Shown here in pieces: positions 19,600-34,651 of a stretch of DNA of 64,000 nt (positions are counted from its first letter, which is position 1; the number at the start of each line of letters is the position of its first letter). A program made the position numbers and the translations under genes. The notes under the pieces are model-generated. The model had not been told where the DNA came from. It saw only the letters and a list, made by a program, of their open reading frames with translations, and did not search any database. Source of the stretch: the human T2T-CHM13v2.0 reference genome, Homo sapiens; the NCBI RefSeq assembly GCF_009914755.1, contig NC_060947.1, one strand, 5' to 3'.

Positions 19600-22500
19600 T
19601 CCTTTTTATTGAAGTGAAGCATACATGTAGTAAAGTACACTTAAGACTATAGATGAGTTTTTACCTAAGTACATATATGTCTTTGAATTGACCATATGTA
19701 TCAAGATATAAAATAGTTTCTTCATCCCACGAAGTTTACCCATGCCCCTACGCCCCCCAACCCCGAGGTGACCACTACTATGACTTCCATTACCATCAGT
19801 TAATTTTGCATGTTATTGAAATTCATATAAATGAAATCATACAGTGATCCTTGTATCTGGCTTTTTTCAGTCATCATTATGTGTAAAAGATTCATTTATT
19901 TTGTTACACGTGTCAGTAGTTTGTTCTTTATCATTGCTATGCAATATTACATTGAAGAATGTACCACAGTCAATTACACATTCCCCTGTTGATGGACTTT
20001 TGGGTTGTTTCCAGTTTGGGACTATTATTTTTAAAAATGCTATTAACATTCTTTTACATATCTTTTGATAAACATATACATTGATTTCTCTTAGACAAAA
20101 ACTTAGTAGTAGAAATACTGAATCACAGGGTAGGTGTACATTGAACTTTAGTAGATGCTGCCAAACAGTTTTCCAACATGGTTTGTAAATTAGTTTCAAC
20201 AGCCATGTATGAAATATCCAGTTCTCCAATTGCCCATGTCCTCACCATCACTGGGCAGTGTCGGTCTTAATTTTATCTGTTTTGATGAGTATGTAGAAGC
20301 ATCTAATTGAGGTTTGAATTTACATATTCCTAATGAATAATAGTATTAATCATCTTTTTATTATACTATTGGCCATTTGGATAGCATCTTTTTGAAGTTT
20401 CTTCTTAAGTACTTTTGTTCATTTTTTATTGAATTGTCTGTCCTTTTTCAAATAGATTCAGAGTAGTTCTTTATATACTCAAGATATGAGTCCTTTGTCA
20501 GATACATATATTGCAAATCTATTCTCTGTGCCTCAGATTTGCCTTTCCTAATGCTGTTGTGTAATGAACAAAAGTTGTTAATTTTAATAAAATCCAGTGT
20601 ATCAATCTTTCCTTTCATGAATAGTGATTTTTTTATCCAATTCAATAAATATTTGTCTATTTGAGGTTATGGAAATAATCTTCTAATTTTTATAACATGT
20701 TTCATGTTTAAACTTTCATATTTGGCTTATGAGCTATCTCAAATAAAAATATTTTTACAGTGTGAGGTAGGGGTCAAGGTTCATTTTTTTTCCAGCACAG
20801 TTATCCAATTGCTCCCTACACTATTTTTTTTTTAAAGAACCTAAACGCATCCAATAAATTACAGTCACACCTTTGTAAGAAAGCCAAATGACTGTACATG
20901 TGGTGGGCTATTTCCAGACTCTGTGTACTGTTCCAATGGTTTATTTTCTATTGCTGATTTAACACAACACTGAATTACTGTAAATTTATATTAAGCCTTG
21001 AAAAATGGTGGGTAAGTACTAGAAATTTGTTTCAGTTTTTTAAAGCTTGTCTTGGCTATTCTAATTTTTTTGCAGGGGAAATCAGTTTATCAATTTCCAT
21101 TTAAAGTATCTGTAGGGATTTTTAAGTTTGCAATAACTCTCTAGGTAAGGTAGAGGAGAATTGATATTTTGACAGTATTCAACCTTCCAATGAAATGAAC
21201 ATGTTATCTCTCCATTTATGTAGGTATTGAGTTTGATTTAACAATATGCTGCACTTTTTGTTTTGTAAATCTTGAACATATTTTATTAAATTTATCTCTG
21301 GAAATTTGATGCTTTCTGGTGACATTTAAATCATATTGCTTTTCCCAGTTCATCTTCCAGTTGTTTCTTGGAAGTATATGGAAATAATTGACCTAGGAAT
21401 ATTGAAATAATATATGAGAAAATTGCCAATTTCACTTTTTAAAATTCTGAGTTTGTATAATTTTTTGTTTTATAAAATATCACCTTAGATATTTTTATTT
21501 CTTCTTTTTCATTTCTTTATACCTTTTATTTCTTTTTCATGCTTAATTGCACCAGTTAGGACCTGTAGTGCAGTGTTTAATAGAAGTGGTTATAGTCAAC
21601 ATCATTATCTTTTTTCTAAACTCAGAGGGACAATGATTGCTATTTTTCCATTAAATGTAATGTTAGTGCCAGGGTTTTGGCACATATATTTTACTAAATT
21701 AAGGAAATCCCTTTCTAGTCATACTATAATGGGAATTTTTATAAAGAATGGATGCGAGTTTTATCAAATTCTTTTTCTGAATCTACAGAGATGATAATTG
21801 TTTTTTCTCCTTTACTCTTGATATAATGAATTACACTGATTGATATTTTATGTAAAAATAACCCTGTATTCTTGGGATAAACTCCAAGATGGTCATACTG
21901 TACACATTATCTTTAAGTATTGTTGGACTGGATTTGCTGTTTTTTAAAAAATTATACATGGCCATGAGAGAGATTGGCCTACGATTTTCTTTTCTCATAG
22001 TGTCCTTGTCAATGTTTTAGTATAGGGATTTGCTGGCCTTATGAGCTGGGAAGTATTCCCTCCTTCTCTATTTTTTCTTTAAATGTTTCATAGAATTCAC
22101 CAGTTAAGGAATCTGGATCTGTAGTTTTCTTTGTAGAAACCTTTTTAAATTACAGATTAAAAGTCTTTAACAGTTATATTACTATTCAGATGATTTATTT
22201 TTATGTCAGTTTAAATACATTGTGTTTTTCAAGGAAATTGACCATTTCATCTAAATTGTCAAATTCATTGGCAGAAAGTTGTTGATAATATCCTTGTTTT
22301 GTCCCTTTAATTTCTGCAGAATGTGTACTGAAGTCTGCATTTTAATAATGTTTTGATATAAGTAATTTTATTTCTTTATTTTGATCAAGCCTCTGAGGCA
22401 TTCATTAAGCTTTATTAATTGTTAAAAATTAACTTTCGTAAGTGATTTTCTCTACCATTTGTTTTCTATTCCATTGATTTCTGCTTATATCTGTATTATT

Positions 22501-25484
22501 TCCTACCTTCTACCTTCTATGGATTTAATCTTGCTGTTCTTTTTCTAGCTTCTTTACCTGGAAGCTTAAATCATAGATTTTTCAGCTTTGTCTTTTCTAA
22601 TAGATGTATTTAAAAACTTAAATTTCCATCTAAGGAGTGCTCAAACCATATCCCAGAAATTTTGTTCTTTTGCGTTTTTCCTTTGATCATTCGGTTTAAG
22701 ATATTTTCTAATTTTCCTGTTGATTTCTGTTTTTCTCCATAGATTATTTAGAATTGTGTTGCTCAACTTACAAATATTTGGGGGCTTCCCAGATATCTTT
22801 ATGTTATTGATTTTTAATTTGATTCTATTGTGGCCAGAATACATATTTTGTATGATTTAACTATTAATACTTATTGAGACTTATCATATGGCCAAATTTA
22901 GGGTTTATCTGGGTGAATTTTCCTTGTACCCTTGAAAATAATTTGTATTCTGCAATTTGTGTATTGCATTATAAATGTCCATTAGGTCAGGTTTGTTGGT
23001 AGAGTTGTTAAAATCTTGTGTATTCTTACCAACTTCTTGCCTAATTGTTTTATCAATTACTGAGAGGTAGGTGTTAAAATTTCCATTATGATTGTAGAGT
23101 TTTCTATTTCTCCTTTTCTCTCTGTCAATTTTTTGCTGTATGTCTTTTGAGATATTTTTATTAGGTATATATAAATTCAGGAAACGTATGTCTTCTTGAA
23201 GAGTTGACCTTTTTATCATTATGTAAAGACCCTCTTTATTTTCATAATACTCTTTTCTTTGGATTTTTCTTTGTCTGATATCAGTATAGATACATCAGAT
23301 TCTTTATACTTAGTACAGTATAACTTTTTCTATATAATTTTTATTTTTACCTGTCTGTACATTTAAAATATGTTTTTTAGGAATAAAATGCATTCATATC
23401 TTGCTTCTTTTCGAGTCCAACAATCTTTCCCGTTTATTTGGAGTGTTTAGTTGATTTATATTTAATGTATATTGTTATGTTTGGATTTTAGTCTTCCACA
23501 TTGCTATTTGTTTTATGCTCCTCCTTTGTCCCTGGTTTCCTGTTCTGTTTGGGTTCATCAGATATGCTGTGGTATTCCATTCTATCTCCTCTATTGGCTT
23601 TTAAGCTCTCCCTCTTTCTACTATTTTTAAATGATTGCTCCAAAGATTTCAGTGTGCACTCATAATTTACCACATTCTGCATTAAATTAATATTATGTGA
23701 CTTCACATATAATGTAAGATTCTTACAACAGTGTAATTTTATTTACATATAATGTTCTTTTGTGTGATTGTGTTTATATATTTCAGATGATTATTATATA
23801 GGTAATAAATTTTACAATTAATTGCTATTACTATTGCTTTAAACAGCTTCTTCTAAATAATTTAGCATGAGAAACAAAACCAATTTTCATATTTACCAAC
23901 ATATTTACATTTCTACTCTTCTACCCTCCTGTGCAGCAGACTTCTAGTTGGTATCATTCCCTAAAGCCTGACGTTCTTCCACCGTCATTTATTGTAAAAT
24001 GATTTTGCTGGTGACAAATTCTCTCACCGTTAATTTATCTGCAAATGTCTTTGTTTTAGTTCCATTTTAAATAAATTTTTCACTGGATATAGAAATCCCT
24101 TTTTGATATTTGTTGCTTTCAGCACTTTAAATATTTCTTCCACTGTCTTTTCGTCTCCATTTTTCCTGATAATAACACATCAATTATTTTTAATATTTTG
24201 CTCCTTTATATTATGTCTGGTTTTTCTCTGGATGTATTTGAGATTTTCTCTCTGTAATTGGTTTTCAATAGTTTCTTTTTGTTGTGGTTAGTTATGGTTG
24301 TATTTATTTTGCCCTCTATTCATTAATATTCCTGGATCTGTAGGGTTGTTATTTTTTAATAACTTTGGAAAATCTCAGCTATCTTTTCCTCATATATAGT
24401 CGTGTGTCACATAACAACATTTTGGTCAACAACAAACCACGTATATGGTGGTGGTCTCATATGATTATCATGGAACTGAAAATTTCCTATCACCACGTGA
24501 TGTCATAGCTGTAGTAACATTGTATCACATTTATAATGTATTTTTACTGTACCTTTTCTAGGTTTAGTTATACAAATACTTACCATTGTGCTATAATTGC
24601 CTACAGGATGCAGTACAGTTACATGCTATGTAGGTTTGTAGCTTGGGAGCAATAGGCTCTGCTATACGGCCTAAATGTATAATAGGCCATACCATCTAAG
24701 TTTGTGTAAATACACTTTATATGTTCACACGATGACAAAATCGCCCAACAACTCATTTCTTAAAACATACCCAGTTGTTAAGTGACACATAACTGTATTT
24801 CTTCTGTCGTATTTTCTCCTCTTCTTTTGGAGTGCATATTAGATCACTTGATACTGTATCACAGGTCACTGAGGGTCTAGGTATGTTTTCAATTTTTATT
24901 CTCTCTGAGTTTAATTTGGATGGTTTTTATTCACTGCCTTCAAATTTACTGATTTTTTGATGTGTTCAATATTCTGTTAATCGCCACAAAAATTTTAATT
25001 TCCATTTGGTTCTTTTAAGAGTTATCATATTTTTCCAGAAATTCCCTATTTTTTACTCATTATATACATGTTTGCCTATAGATTCTTTAACATATTTATT
25101 ATAGCTATTTTAAAGATCTTTTCAGCTTATTCCAAATTTTCAGATAACCATGTGTCTATTTCTATTGGTAGTTTTGTTTTTCTTGAATAAGCACCACATA
25201 TTCAAGTTTCTTCCAATCTGCTAATTTTTATTGTATACTAAATGATATGGATAGTATGGTATAAAGATTCTGGATTCTATTAAATTTCTTGAAGAATGCT
25301 GAATATTGTTCTACCTGGCAGTTCAATTCCTGGTATCAACTTGATCCTGCAGTGATGGAGTTTTAGATTTTGTTATAGCAGGGCTATTTCCAATGCCCTT
25401 TGTCTTACGTGTATCCCTTGGACTTGGCATACGGGCTTTATTGTTAATGTGTGGGTTTTCTGGGGTAATTTTATTTAAAAAATT
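19600..25484 (-). mobile_element. Long ancient antisense L1MC/ME element (boundaries approximate)
   Basis: Minus-strand ORF2-like peptides (PCWKTVWQ, LQEDIRFLNLYIPN, SGHNRIKLKIN). Confidence 0.8.
24397..24795 (+). mobile_element. Tigger3/MER7-like DNA transposon
   Basis: TIRs tagtcgtgtgtcacataac / gttaagtgacacataactg flanked by TA. Confidence 0.85.
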
Positions 25485-25500
25485 TCATTTAGTATTTCTT

Positions 25501-25897
25501 TTTTTTAAGTTTATTATTATTATACTTTAAGTTTTAGGGTACATGTGCACAATGTGCAGGTTTGTTACATATGTATACATGTGCCATGTTGGTGTGCTGC
25601 ACCCATTAACTGGTCAGTTAGCGTTAGGTATATCTCCTAACGCTATCCCTCCCCCCTCCCCCCACCCCACAACAGTCCCCAGTGTGTGATGTTCCCCTTC
25701 CTGTGTCCATGTGTTCTCATTGTTCAATTCCCACCGATAGACTAGATTAAGAAAATGTGGCACATATTCACCATGGAATACTATGCAGCCATAAAAAATG
25801 ATGAGTTCATGTCCTTTGTAGGGACATGGATGAAACTGGAAACCATCATTCTCAGCAAACTATCGCAAGGACAAAAAATCAACACCGCATGTTCTCA
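25501..25897 (-). mobile_element. Short L1PA 3' end with 5' inversion
   Basis: Antisense 3'UTR 25501-25735, sense segment 25736-25897; TSD tcatttagt(a/g)tttctt 25485-25500 / 25895-25910. Confidence 0.92.
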
Positions 25898-25995
25898 TTT
25901 AGTGTTTCTTATAGTGAAGTCTGTTGGCAACAAATTGTCTTAGCTGTCATTCATTAGAAAACATTTCCATTGTGCTTTCACTTGTTATTGAGTTA

Positions 25996-26719
25996 CATAG
26001 TAGACAGAATTCTACCATCTCCACCCCAAGATTTCTGGCCCCTGGTTATTTAGTAAAAAACCAATCTCCTTAAAGCTGGTAAGCAACTTCAGCAAAGTCT
26101 CAGGATACAAAATCAGTGTGCAAAAATCACAAGCATTCCTATACACCAATAATAGACAAACAGAGAGCCAAATTATGAGTGAACTCCCATTCACAATTGC
26201 TACAAAGAGAATAAAATACCTAGGAATACAACTTACAAGGGATGTCAAGGACTTCTTCAAAGGGAACTACAAACCATTCCTCAAGGAAATAAGGACACAA
26301 ACAAATGGAAAACATTCCATGCTCATGGATAGAAAGAATCAATATCATGAAAATGGCCATACTGCCCAAAGTAATTTATAGATTCAATGGTATTCCCATC
26401 AAGCTACCACTGACTTTCTTCGCAGAATTAGAAAAAAACTGCTTTAAATTTCATATGGAACCAATAAAGAGCCCGCATTGCCAAGACAATCCTAAGCAAA
26501 AAGAACAAAGCTGGTTGCATCACGCTACCTAACTTCAAACTATACTACAAGGCTTTTATCACCTAGTGATATCATAGCCATAGTAACATTGCTAAGGAGA
26601 GAATCCAGCTCAGCTGTGCCCAGAATATTACCTACAGAAATGGTGAGATAATAAATGGGTATTGTTTTAAGTCATTAACTTTGTGGTAATTTGTTACATA
26701 GCAAGAGAAAACTAATGCA
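25996..26719 (+). mobile_element. MLT1(E-like) MaLR LTR ends enclosing an internal L1PA ORF2 fragment (~26063-26554)
   Basis: LTR 5' end tagacagaattcta...cccctggttatt; 3' end gagataataaatgggtattgttttaag...gttacatagcaagagaaaactaatgca; L1 peptide [24 protein letters not shown]. Confidence 0.75.
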
Positions 26720-27025
26720 CTATCCTTTTGTTCATTATTTAAGTTTTTACTTCCCTCCTAAATATGCTTGTTAGTATTTATTTTAGGGTCTTTGAATAGT
26801 TGCTTTTTGTATTCTGTCAAGTTTTAAATTATAATCAGTGAGAAAAAAAGGCTGTAGTGGGCTTATTCTATCTTGGCTTGCCTCAGAAGTGTTTAGGGGT
26901 AAATTTAAGAAAATATTTGCATGGTATATTCACTGAAAACTATAAAACCTGCTATGTTAGACTTTTAAATACCAAAATAAATGAAGAGATAGATCATACT
27001 TATGGAATGGAAGATCAAAATTGTT

Positions 27026-27338
27026 TGGAAGCCATTATCCTTAGTAAACTAATTCAGGAACAGAAAACCAAACACTGCATGTTCTCACTGACATGTGGGA
27101 GCTGAACAATGAGAATACATGGACACAGGAAGGGGAACAACACACACTGTGGCCTGTGGAGCAGGGTGTTTGGGTCAGGGGGATGGAGAGCATCAGGAAA
27201 AATAGCTAAGGCATGCTGGGCTTAATTCTTAGGTGATGGTTTGATAGGTACAGCAAACCACCATGACACACGTTTACCTGTGTAACAAACCTGCACATCC
27301 TGCATACGTACCCCAGAACTTAAAATAAAAAAAAAAAA
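27026..27338 (+). mobile_element. Older L1PA 3' end (about L1PA10-13) with poly(A)
   Basis: LEAIILSKLIQEQKTKHCMFSL*, then 3'UTR ending ccccagaacttaaaataaaaaaaa. Confidence 0.85.
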
Positions 27339-27487
27339 GATGCCAGTTGCCTCTAAAGTCATTCATAGATTCAAAGTGATTCCAGTTTAACCCAACAACC
27401 TTTATTTGGTAACAGTTGACAAATGGATTCTAAAATGTGTATGGAAATGAAAGGGACATAGAATATCCAAAACAATATTGAAAACGA

Positions 27488-27845
<358 letters not shown>

Positions 27846-29070
27846 CTAATATACAATAAATTGACTTTTGATAAAGGTATCAAATAAATTTTTTAGAGAA
27901 AGCAAATTCTTTTCAACAAATGGCCCTGAAACATCTAGATATTCGTATGGGGAAAAAACAAAACTTAATTCATACATTACATCATACAGAAAAAAAAATG
28001 TTTTTAATTAGATCTTAGTCTGAACATAAAAGCTAAAACCATAATGCTTTTAGAGGAAAACATAGATAGATATTTCCGTGACTTGGCATAGGCAGATTTT
28101 CTTAGGATACAAAAAGCAGTAACTGTAAAAGAAAAAAATTGATAGATTAGATTTAAATTTTTAAACTACTTTTATCAGAAAACACCGCTAGGAAAATGAA
28201 TAGGAAAGCCACAGACAAGGAGAAAATATTTGCAAAACATAACTGACAAATTACTGATATCTAGGATATGTAAAAAACTTCAATAACTCAATAATAACAA
28301 GATGTATTATCCAATTTTGAAAAATGGAGAAAACTTTGAATAGATACTTCACGAAAGAAGATATACAAGTGGCCAATAATCACATGAAAAGGTGATCGAT
28401 GTCGTTAGCCATCAGAGAAATGCAAATTAAAACCACAATGAGGTAGCTCCATATACCCACCAGAATGTCTGTTATTACAGCAACTGATATCATCACAAAG
28501 GTTGTGCAAGGATCTGGAACAATTGGAATTTCCACACATTGTTCTGAGTGTGAAATGGTTTGGCAGTTTTTAAATAAAACACAACATATACCTACTTTTT
28601 GACCCAGCAATTCCACTTCTTGTTATATACCTAAGATAAATTAAGGCAGTGGTCTACAAAAAGACCTGTGCAGAAATACTCATAGCAGCTTTATTTATAA
28701 TAGATAAAAGCTGGAAATAAAACAGGTTTTTATAAATAGGAAAGTGGATATTTGTAATAACTAAAACCTGTCAATAAACCAAAAGTCCAGCAAGAGGAAT
28801 GGATTTTTTAAGTTATGGTATATTCATATAATGGAGTCCTACAAATCCTACCAGTATAATATGGTGGTAGTTATTTTTATGTTTATGAATATATAATAAT
28901 GCCAACTTCAGGATAAATGGTTAAAAACATAAAATTATTATTAAAAATAGCCAACAAACACCAGCATCTTTTGGGTTTCTTTTTGTTCTTCACTGTTTCT
29001 ATGCTAGCACTATAAATTGTAAGTTTGAATTGTAGCTCTTAAAGCAATGCAGTTTTTCTTTCATTTTTAA

Positions 29071-29184
<114 letters not shown>

Positions 29185-29351
29185 TAACAGTTTGCTGTTT
29201 TATAAAACTAATGTTTATCATATTAAGTTTGGGAAAGTCAAATCATGTTCAGCTGTGAACATTTTCAACACAAGGAAATATAGTGTTCATTCACTTAACA
29301 CTGCATGTGAGGTACAGAATGAATAACTTTTAATAAAAAGTGCTTAAAATT

Positions 29352-29700
<349 letters not shown>

Positions 29701-30078
29701 TTAATTCAAGTGTCCTAGAATAGAAGCTTTGATTTTTTTAGAATGGCAGGCTGTAGTAAGTAAGTTTGTTTATTGATTTCTAAAGTAAATAACTTCTCTT
29801 GGCCCCATATGAGGCCTATAATTCTCCCCACCACCCTTCGCACCTTACTCTCTTAGATATTCTGAAACTATATTAAAATGAAGAACTGAAAGGTTTTAGA
29901 TGCTGAATGACTATTCCTTATTTTCATTATCCTCCTTCATATTTTTATAACATTTTGTGATCCAAAGGAGTGTCTCAAAAGCACCTTGTTTCTTTTGGAT
30001 AAAGAAGGGAGCATATGGAAGTAAAAGGGAGTTGGAAATTGGAAAACTGGGTGTAACCTGCTGTACTCAATTTTTTAG

Positions 30079-30177
30079 GTGGTGGAGGTCATCCTGGGCA
30101 ACCAGGGCCTCCAGGCGAAAAAGGCAAACCCGGTCAAGATGGTATTCCTGGACCAGCTGGACAGAAGGGTGAACCAG
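30079..30177 (+). CDS. COL4A5: COL4A5 exon 39 (99 nt)
   Basis: tttttag|GTGGTG...GAACCAG|gtgctg; [33 protein letters not shown]. Confidence 0.97.
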
Positions 30178-30715
30178 GTGCTGTAGTTTTTCATTTTTCC
30201 TATTTTTCTAATTTTCTCTGTGTTGAATTTAACTTGCCTTTTTATTACCCACAGTGAAATTGTATCTTCTTTCTTACTAAGCTACCACACACTTTCCCCT
30301 TTTCCTAGTTACCGTCTTCCTCTTCATCCTGAGACTATTAGCTCATGTATCTTGATCAAGTTGCCTCTTACAAAAAACCCCATATCTTTTCTTGTCTAAT
30401 TTTTTATATCAAAAAGAAGTTACCTAGCCTTTGCAAATTTCTCTGTGGTTTACTATGCAATCTATATTTCATTTATATTTTTTTCTTATAAGCATATAGA
30501 TATATTTAACATTCATCGGAAATAGAATATATGTTTAGATCATTTTCTCATGTTAGAATTGCAGTTCTGTGTTGGAAATAAATCTTCTGCATGTTTCATA
30601 TAATATACATTGCTGCACCTAATGAAAACCTCAATGATCTAAAAATAATTTGGCCTTGTTTCAGTTTGTATTATCCACTTGAGTTTTTGTTTTGTTTTGT
30701 TTTGTACTCTGACAG

Positions 30716-30766
30716 GTCAACCAGGCTTTGGAAACCCAGGACCCCCTGGACTTCCAGGACTTTCTG
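30716..30766 (+). CDS. COL4A5: COL4A5 exon 40 (51 nt), with a G-F-G helix interruption
   Basis: ctgacag|GTCAAC...TTTCTG|gtaaac; GQPGFGNPGPPGLPGLS. Confidence 0.96.
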
Positions 30767-31882
30767 GTAAACCTTAATAAAACATGCTAAATCAATCTAT
30801 AATAAAATGAGATTATTTCCAAATACATCTATTTTTCCATCTCCACCTTTTACTATCATAAAATGCATGTAAGAACCCAGAAAACTCAAACCTAGTGTTA
30901 ACGTTAAAACATTTATTATTTAGCAACTTAGTTTAAGGAGTTGTGTTAAATAAAAATGTATCCTTACGGAAATTTACATGTAGAGATCTCTTCACTAAAT
31001 TCATAAATAAGTGCTGAGGAAATAAGAAAGAAGGCAAAATTGCAGGAAGATAAGAAAAGTCTGTAGAAATAAGAAAAGTCTGTAGAAATATACGCCAATA
31101 ATAAAAATGTTTCTGGAAATTTCAGTCTTAATATATGTTTTGCATATTTGGGTAGATGTGTGTGTGCACACACACATCTACCCTCCCTCTTTTGTGCTTA
31201 CTCTTACTGTGAGCACCAAATAGTAGAAGGACTGAATGTACATACAGACATGTATGTTTATGTTCTGAAATGACGACTGGCCATTTTATGGAGACTTTTC
31301 TCAAACCATACACATATCTCCTGTAAAGTCAAATAGATATCCTTCCCATGATACCAACATGGAAATTATTACTTTAATGTGCCACTGTTACATTGCTCTT
31401 AAAAGTGTCAGAGGTAGAGAAAAAATGTTGAGAACAATTTTGCTAGACGGTGATTATAAATATTGGGTAGAATGGTCTTCGGGGACACATGACAACCATT
31501 GAAGAGCCATATCTTTCATTAGTCTCAAAATTAGACTCAAAATATTTGTTTTAGAAATTTCCTCCAGCCATCTTGAAACTATTTTTGAAGATACTTTATA
31601 CTTTTTTTCCTCACAGCTATTGGTGATGTATCATTGCTCTGTCTTAACACAAAGGATACCTTTTAGGATGAAAGCTATTATTATTTCTACATTTCTATAT
31701 ATACTCTAATAAATACTTCTGCTAACAAATGCATATATTTAATAGGAAGGATGGTTTTCTGGGTAGATTTGGGATTTGGTAGGAGATAGAAATGACTCTT
31801 GTGAATTCCATTAATTGCCCTAATGTATGTGAATAGCTAACCTTATAAGCAAGCTTGTAACTCGGTATTATTTATCTTCTAA

Positions 31883-32164
<282 letters not shown>

Positions 32165-33810
32165 TAAGACTTTAGAATTTTTCCGGTGCATTGGAGGATG
32201 TTAAAAAAAAGACTTTAAAATTTGTGATATAACTTCTTACAAGTAAATAGCTTGGTTCATAGCTAACTCCATCTATTTCCATGGTTCTAATAATTTGCTT
32301 TAGTAATGCATTTTATCATTTATATAGAGGAAGTAAAACAATTTGGAGGAATAAAGGAAATGGTAGTTTTATTAGTCTTGTTACTAAAAGGTAAAACTAT
32401 ACTGTTAACCTGTCAGCAAAATGCCATCTGCATTTTTAAATGTGAACTTCTCAGCATGTCATCACAGAAATCATTTTAGTGATCACCCAATAGATGCTTG
32501 TGGTCCATACCAGAAGTATTGCTTTGGTTCTGTCATATGATCAGCAAATCTCACCAGGCACAATTAAAAAAATTATCTTCTATAGGAACTGGGCAATCAA
32601 ATTTATCTCCAACATCACAGCATGATCAAATTGACTAGTGATCTCTTCATACCAACCTCATGTCTATACCTCATTTGTCTTGTGTTCACTGCTCTAGTAG
32701 TCTCAGTTTTGCATCCAATGTTCACCTTTTCATTTTGTATCTGTGCTGTGTCATTTCATTTTACTAATTTTGGAAATGCTCGTTTTCATCCTTGATTAAT
32801 GTCACTGAGCCTAGTCACTGGTGATAGGTTATGAACAGATTTTGAGACTTGATATTCAAATTTTATATTTCTGGTCACTGAAAACTTGGAAGTAAATGTC
32901 CTTTTATTCTTTGAAAGTCTCTGACATTATATAAGTGCATTTCAAAATGAAAAATGTTATTTATATTACAGTAAAATCTAAAGTGATTGGAATTCATTTT
33001 AATAAGATGTTCTAAACACATGAATTAAATGGGATCACATACTGTGTTCAGAGGATCATTTTCAAAACCAAATTTTATCTGATCTGACATAATCTGATGG
33101 AAAGTATTGTTTAAGGTTTTATGTTTGTATACTACTGAAGAAAACCAGTGAAAATCTCCTCAGCCATGTTAACTCTCTTGCATGTAATGTAAAGAACTGA
33201 AGCAAGTATCTTGCTTGGTTTTGCATGCAGTAATTCAAATAAACCAAACTATTATCTTTTTTATATTTTAATCATCACTGTGGTTATTCGTTCTTACTAG
33301 TAATGAATGAGTAATGAGCTCACTGTTGAACCTTACTTTGAAATTTGTCGGTATGAAGCCATTAGTCACAAAGATGTCCTAAAAATTACATTTTTAAAGA
33401 AATAATAACAAAAGTAGTTAGAAGAATGCACACCTGATGAGTGTTTGTGACTTCTCAAATTATTTCATAAACTATAAATTAAAACTGAGTTGTAAACCCC
33501 ATTGCTCTTAGAATTGATTGTTCTTAGTCTGAGCTCATAGTAATGATTATGATAGCAATGACTTTTGGCCTTTAAAAATACGCCACAGTGTGCTGTTTTC
33601 ATTTTAGTTTTGTCACTAAGTGGTGATAATTTGGTTTATATACAGATGCATGGATATGAACTTTCAGAGTATTCTTTTATTGAAATGAATTTTAACTTGA
33701 AAGTATTTAGTGTAATGCTTTTTAGTTTCTTGATATTTCTAACAGTTTTGATATTTTTCCTTTTTGTTAATGATGACATTGGGCCTTGGTGAACTTTGAT
33801 CCCTATCCAG

Positions 33811-33819
33811 GTCCTACAG
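33811..33819 (+). CDS. COL4A5: COL4A5 alternative microexon 41A (9 nt, Gly-Pro-Thr)
   Basis: cctatccag|GTCCTACAG|gttagc; phase 1-1, adds one Gly-X-Y triplet; matches the recalled GPTGFQ insert of the long isoform. Confidence 0.9.
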
Positions 33820-34338
33820 GTTAGCTCCTTAACTCCAAAGTAGTAACTGCATGAAGTTTGAAACTTATATACCTGTACCAAATGTTTTCAAGTGTTTGAA
33901 TGTATTTTAAGAGCATATGTGCCAATTCAATTCTTACATAGTGGCTTATCTCTTTAAGTTTTTAGGAACTTGTAGAACCCAGTGTTTCTGTCTATTGGAA
34001 AGACCCAAAATTACCTAACTAGGAAAACTAATTTAACATTTAAAAATTCATATATTTGTGTCATTTTCAGTTGAAAATCTGTAGTACCGAAAACAGCCTT
34101 ACATATTCTACCTTTCTTTGGAGTCTGTTTCTTATGTTTAATTTATATCTGTTAATGCAAACGAATTGAACTATCCTTCAAAAGGACATTCTTTTTTTAA
34201 ACAATAATATGTATTATCAGATCTTGAAAATATGTAATTCTTAACTTGCCATATCTTTTGCAGGTTTTCAAACTATCCCACCTTCACATTTTGGGTTGTC
34301 ACAAAGTTCTCAATTCTACTGCTGTTAAAAATGGACTA

Positions 34339-34651
<313 letters not shown>

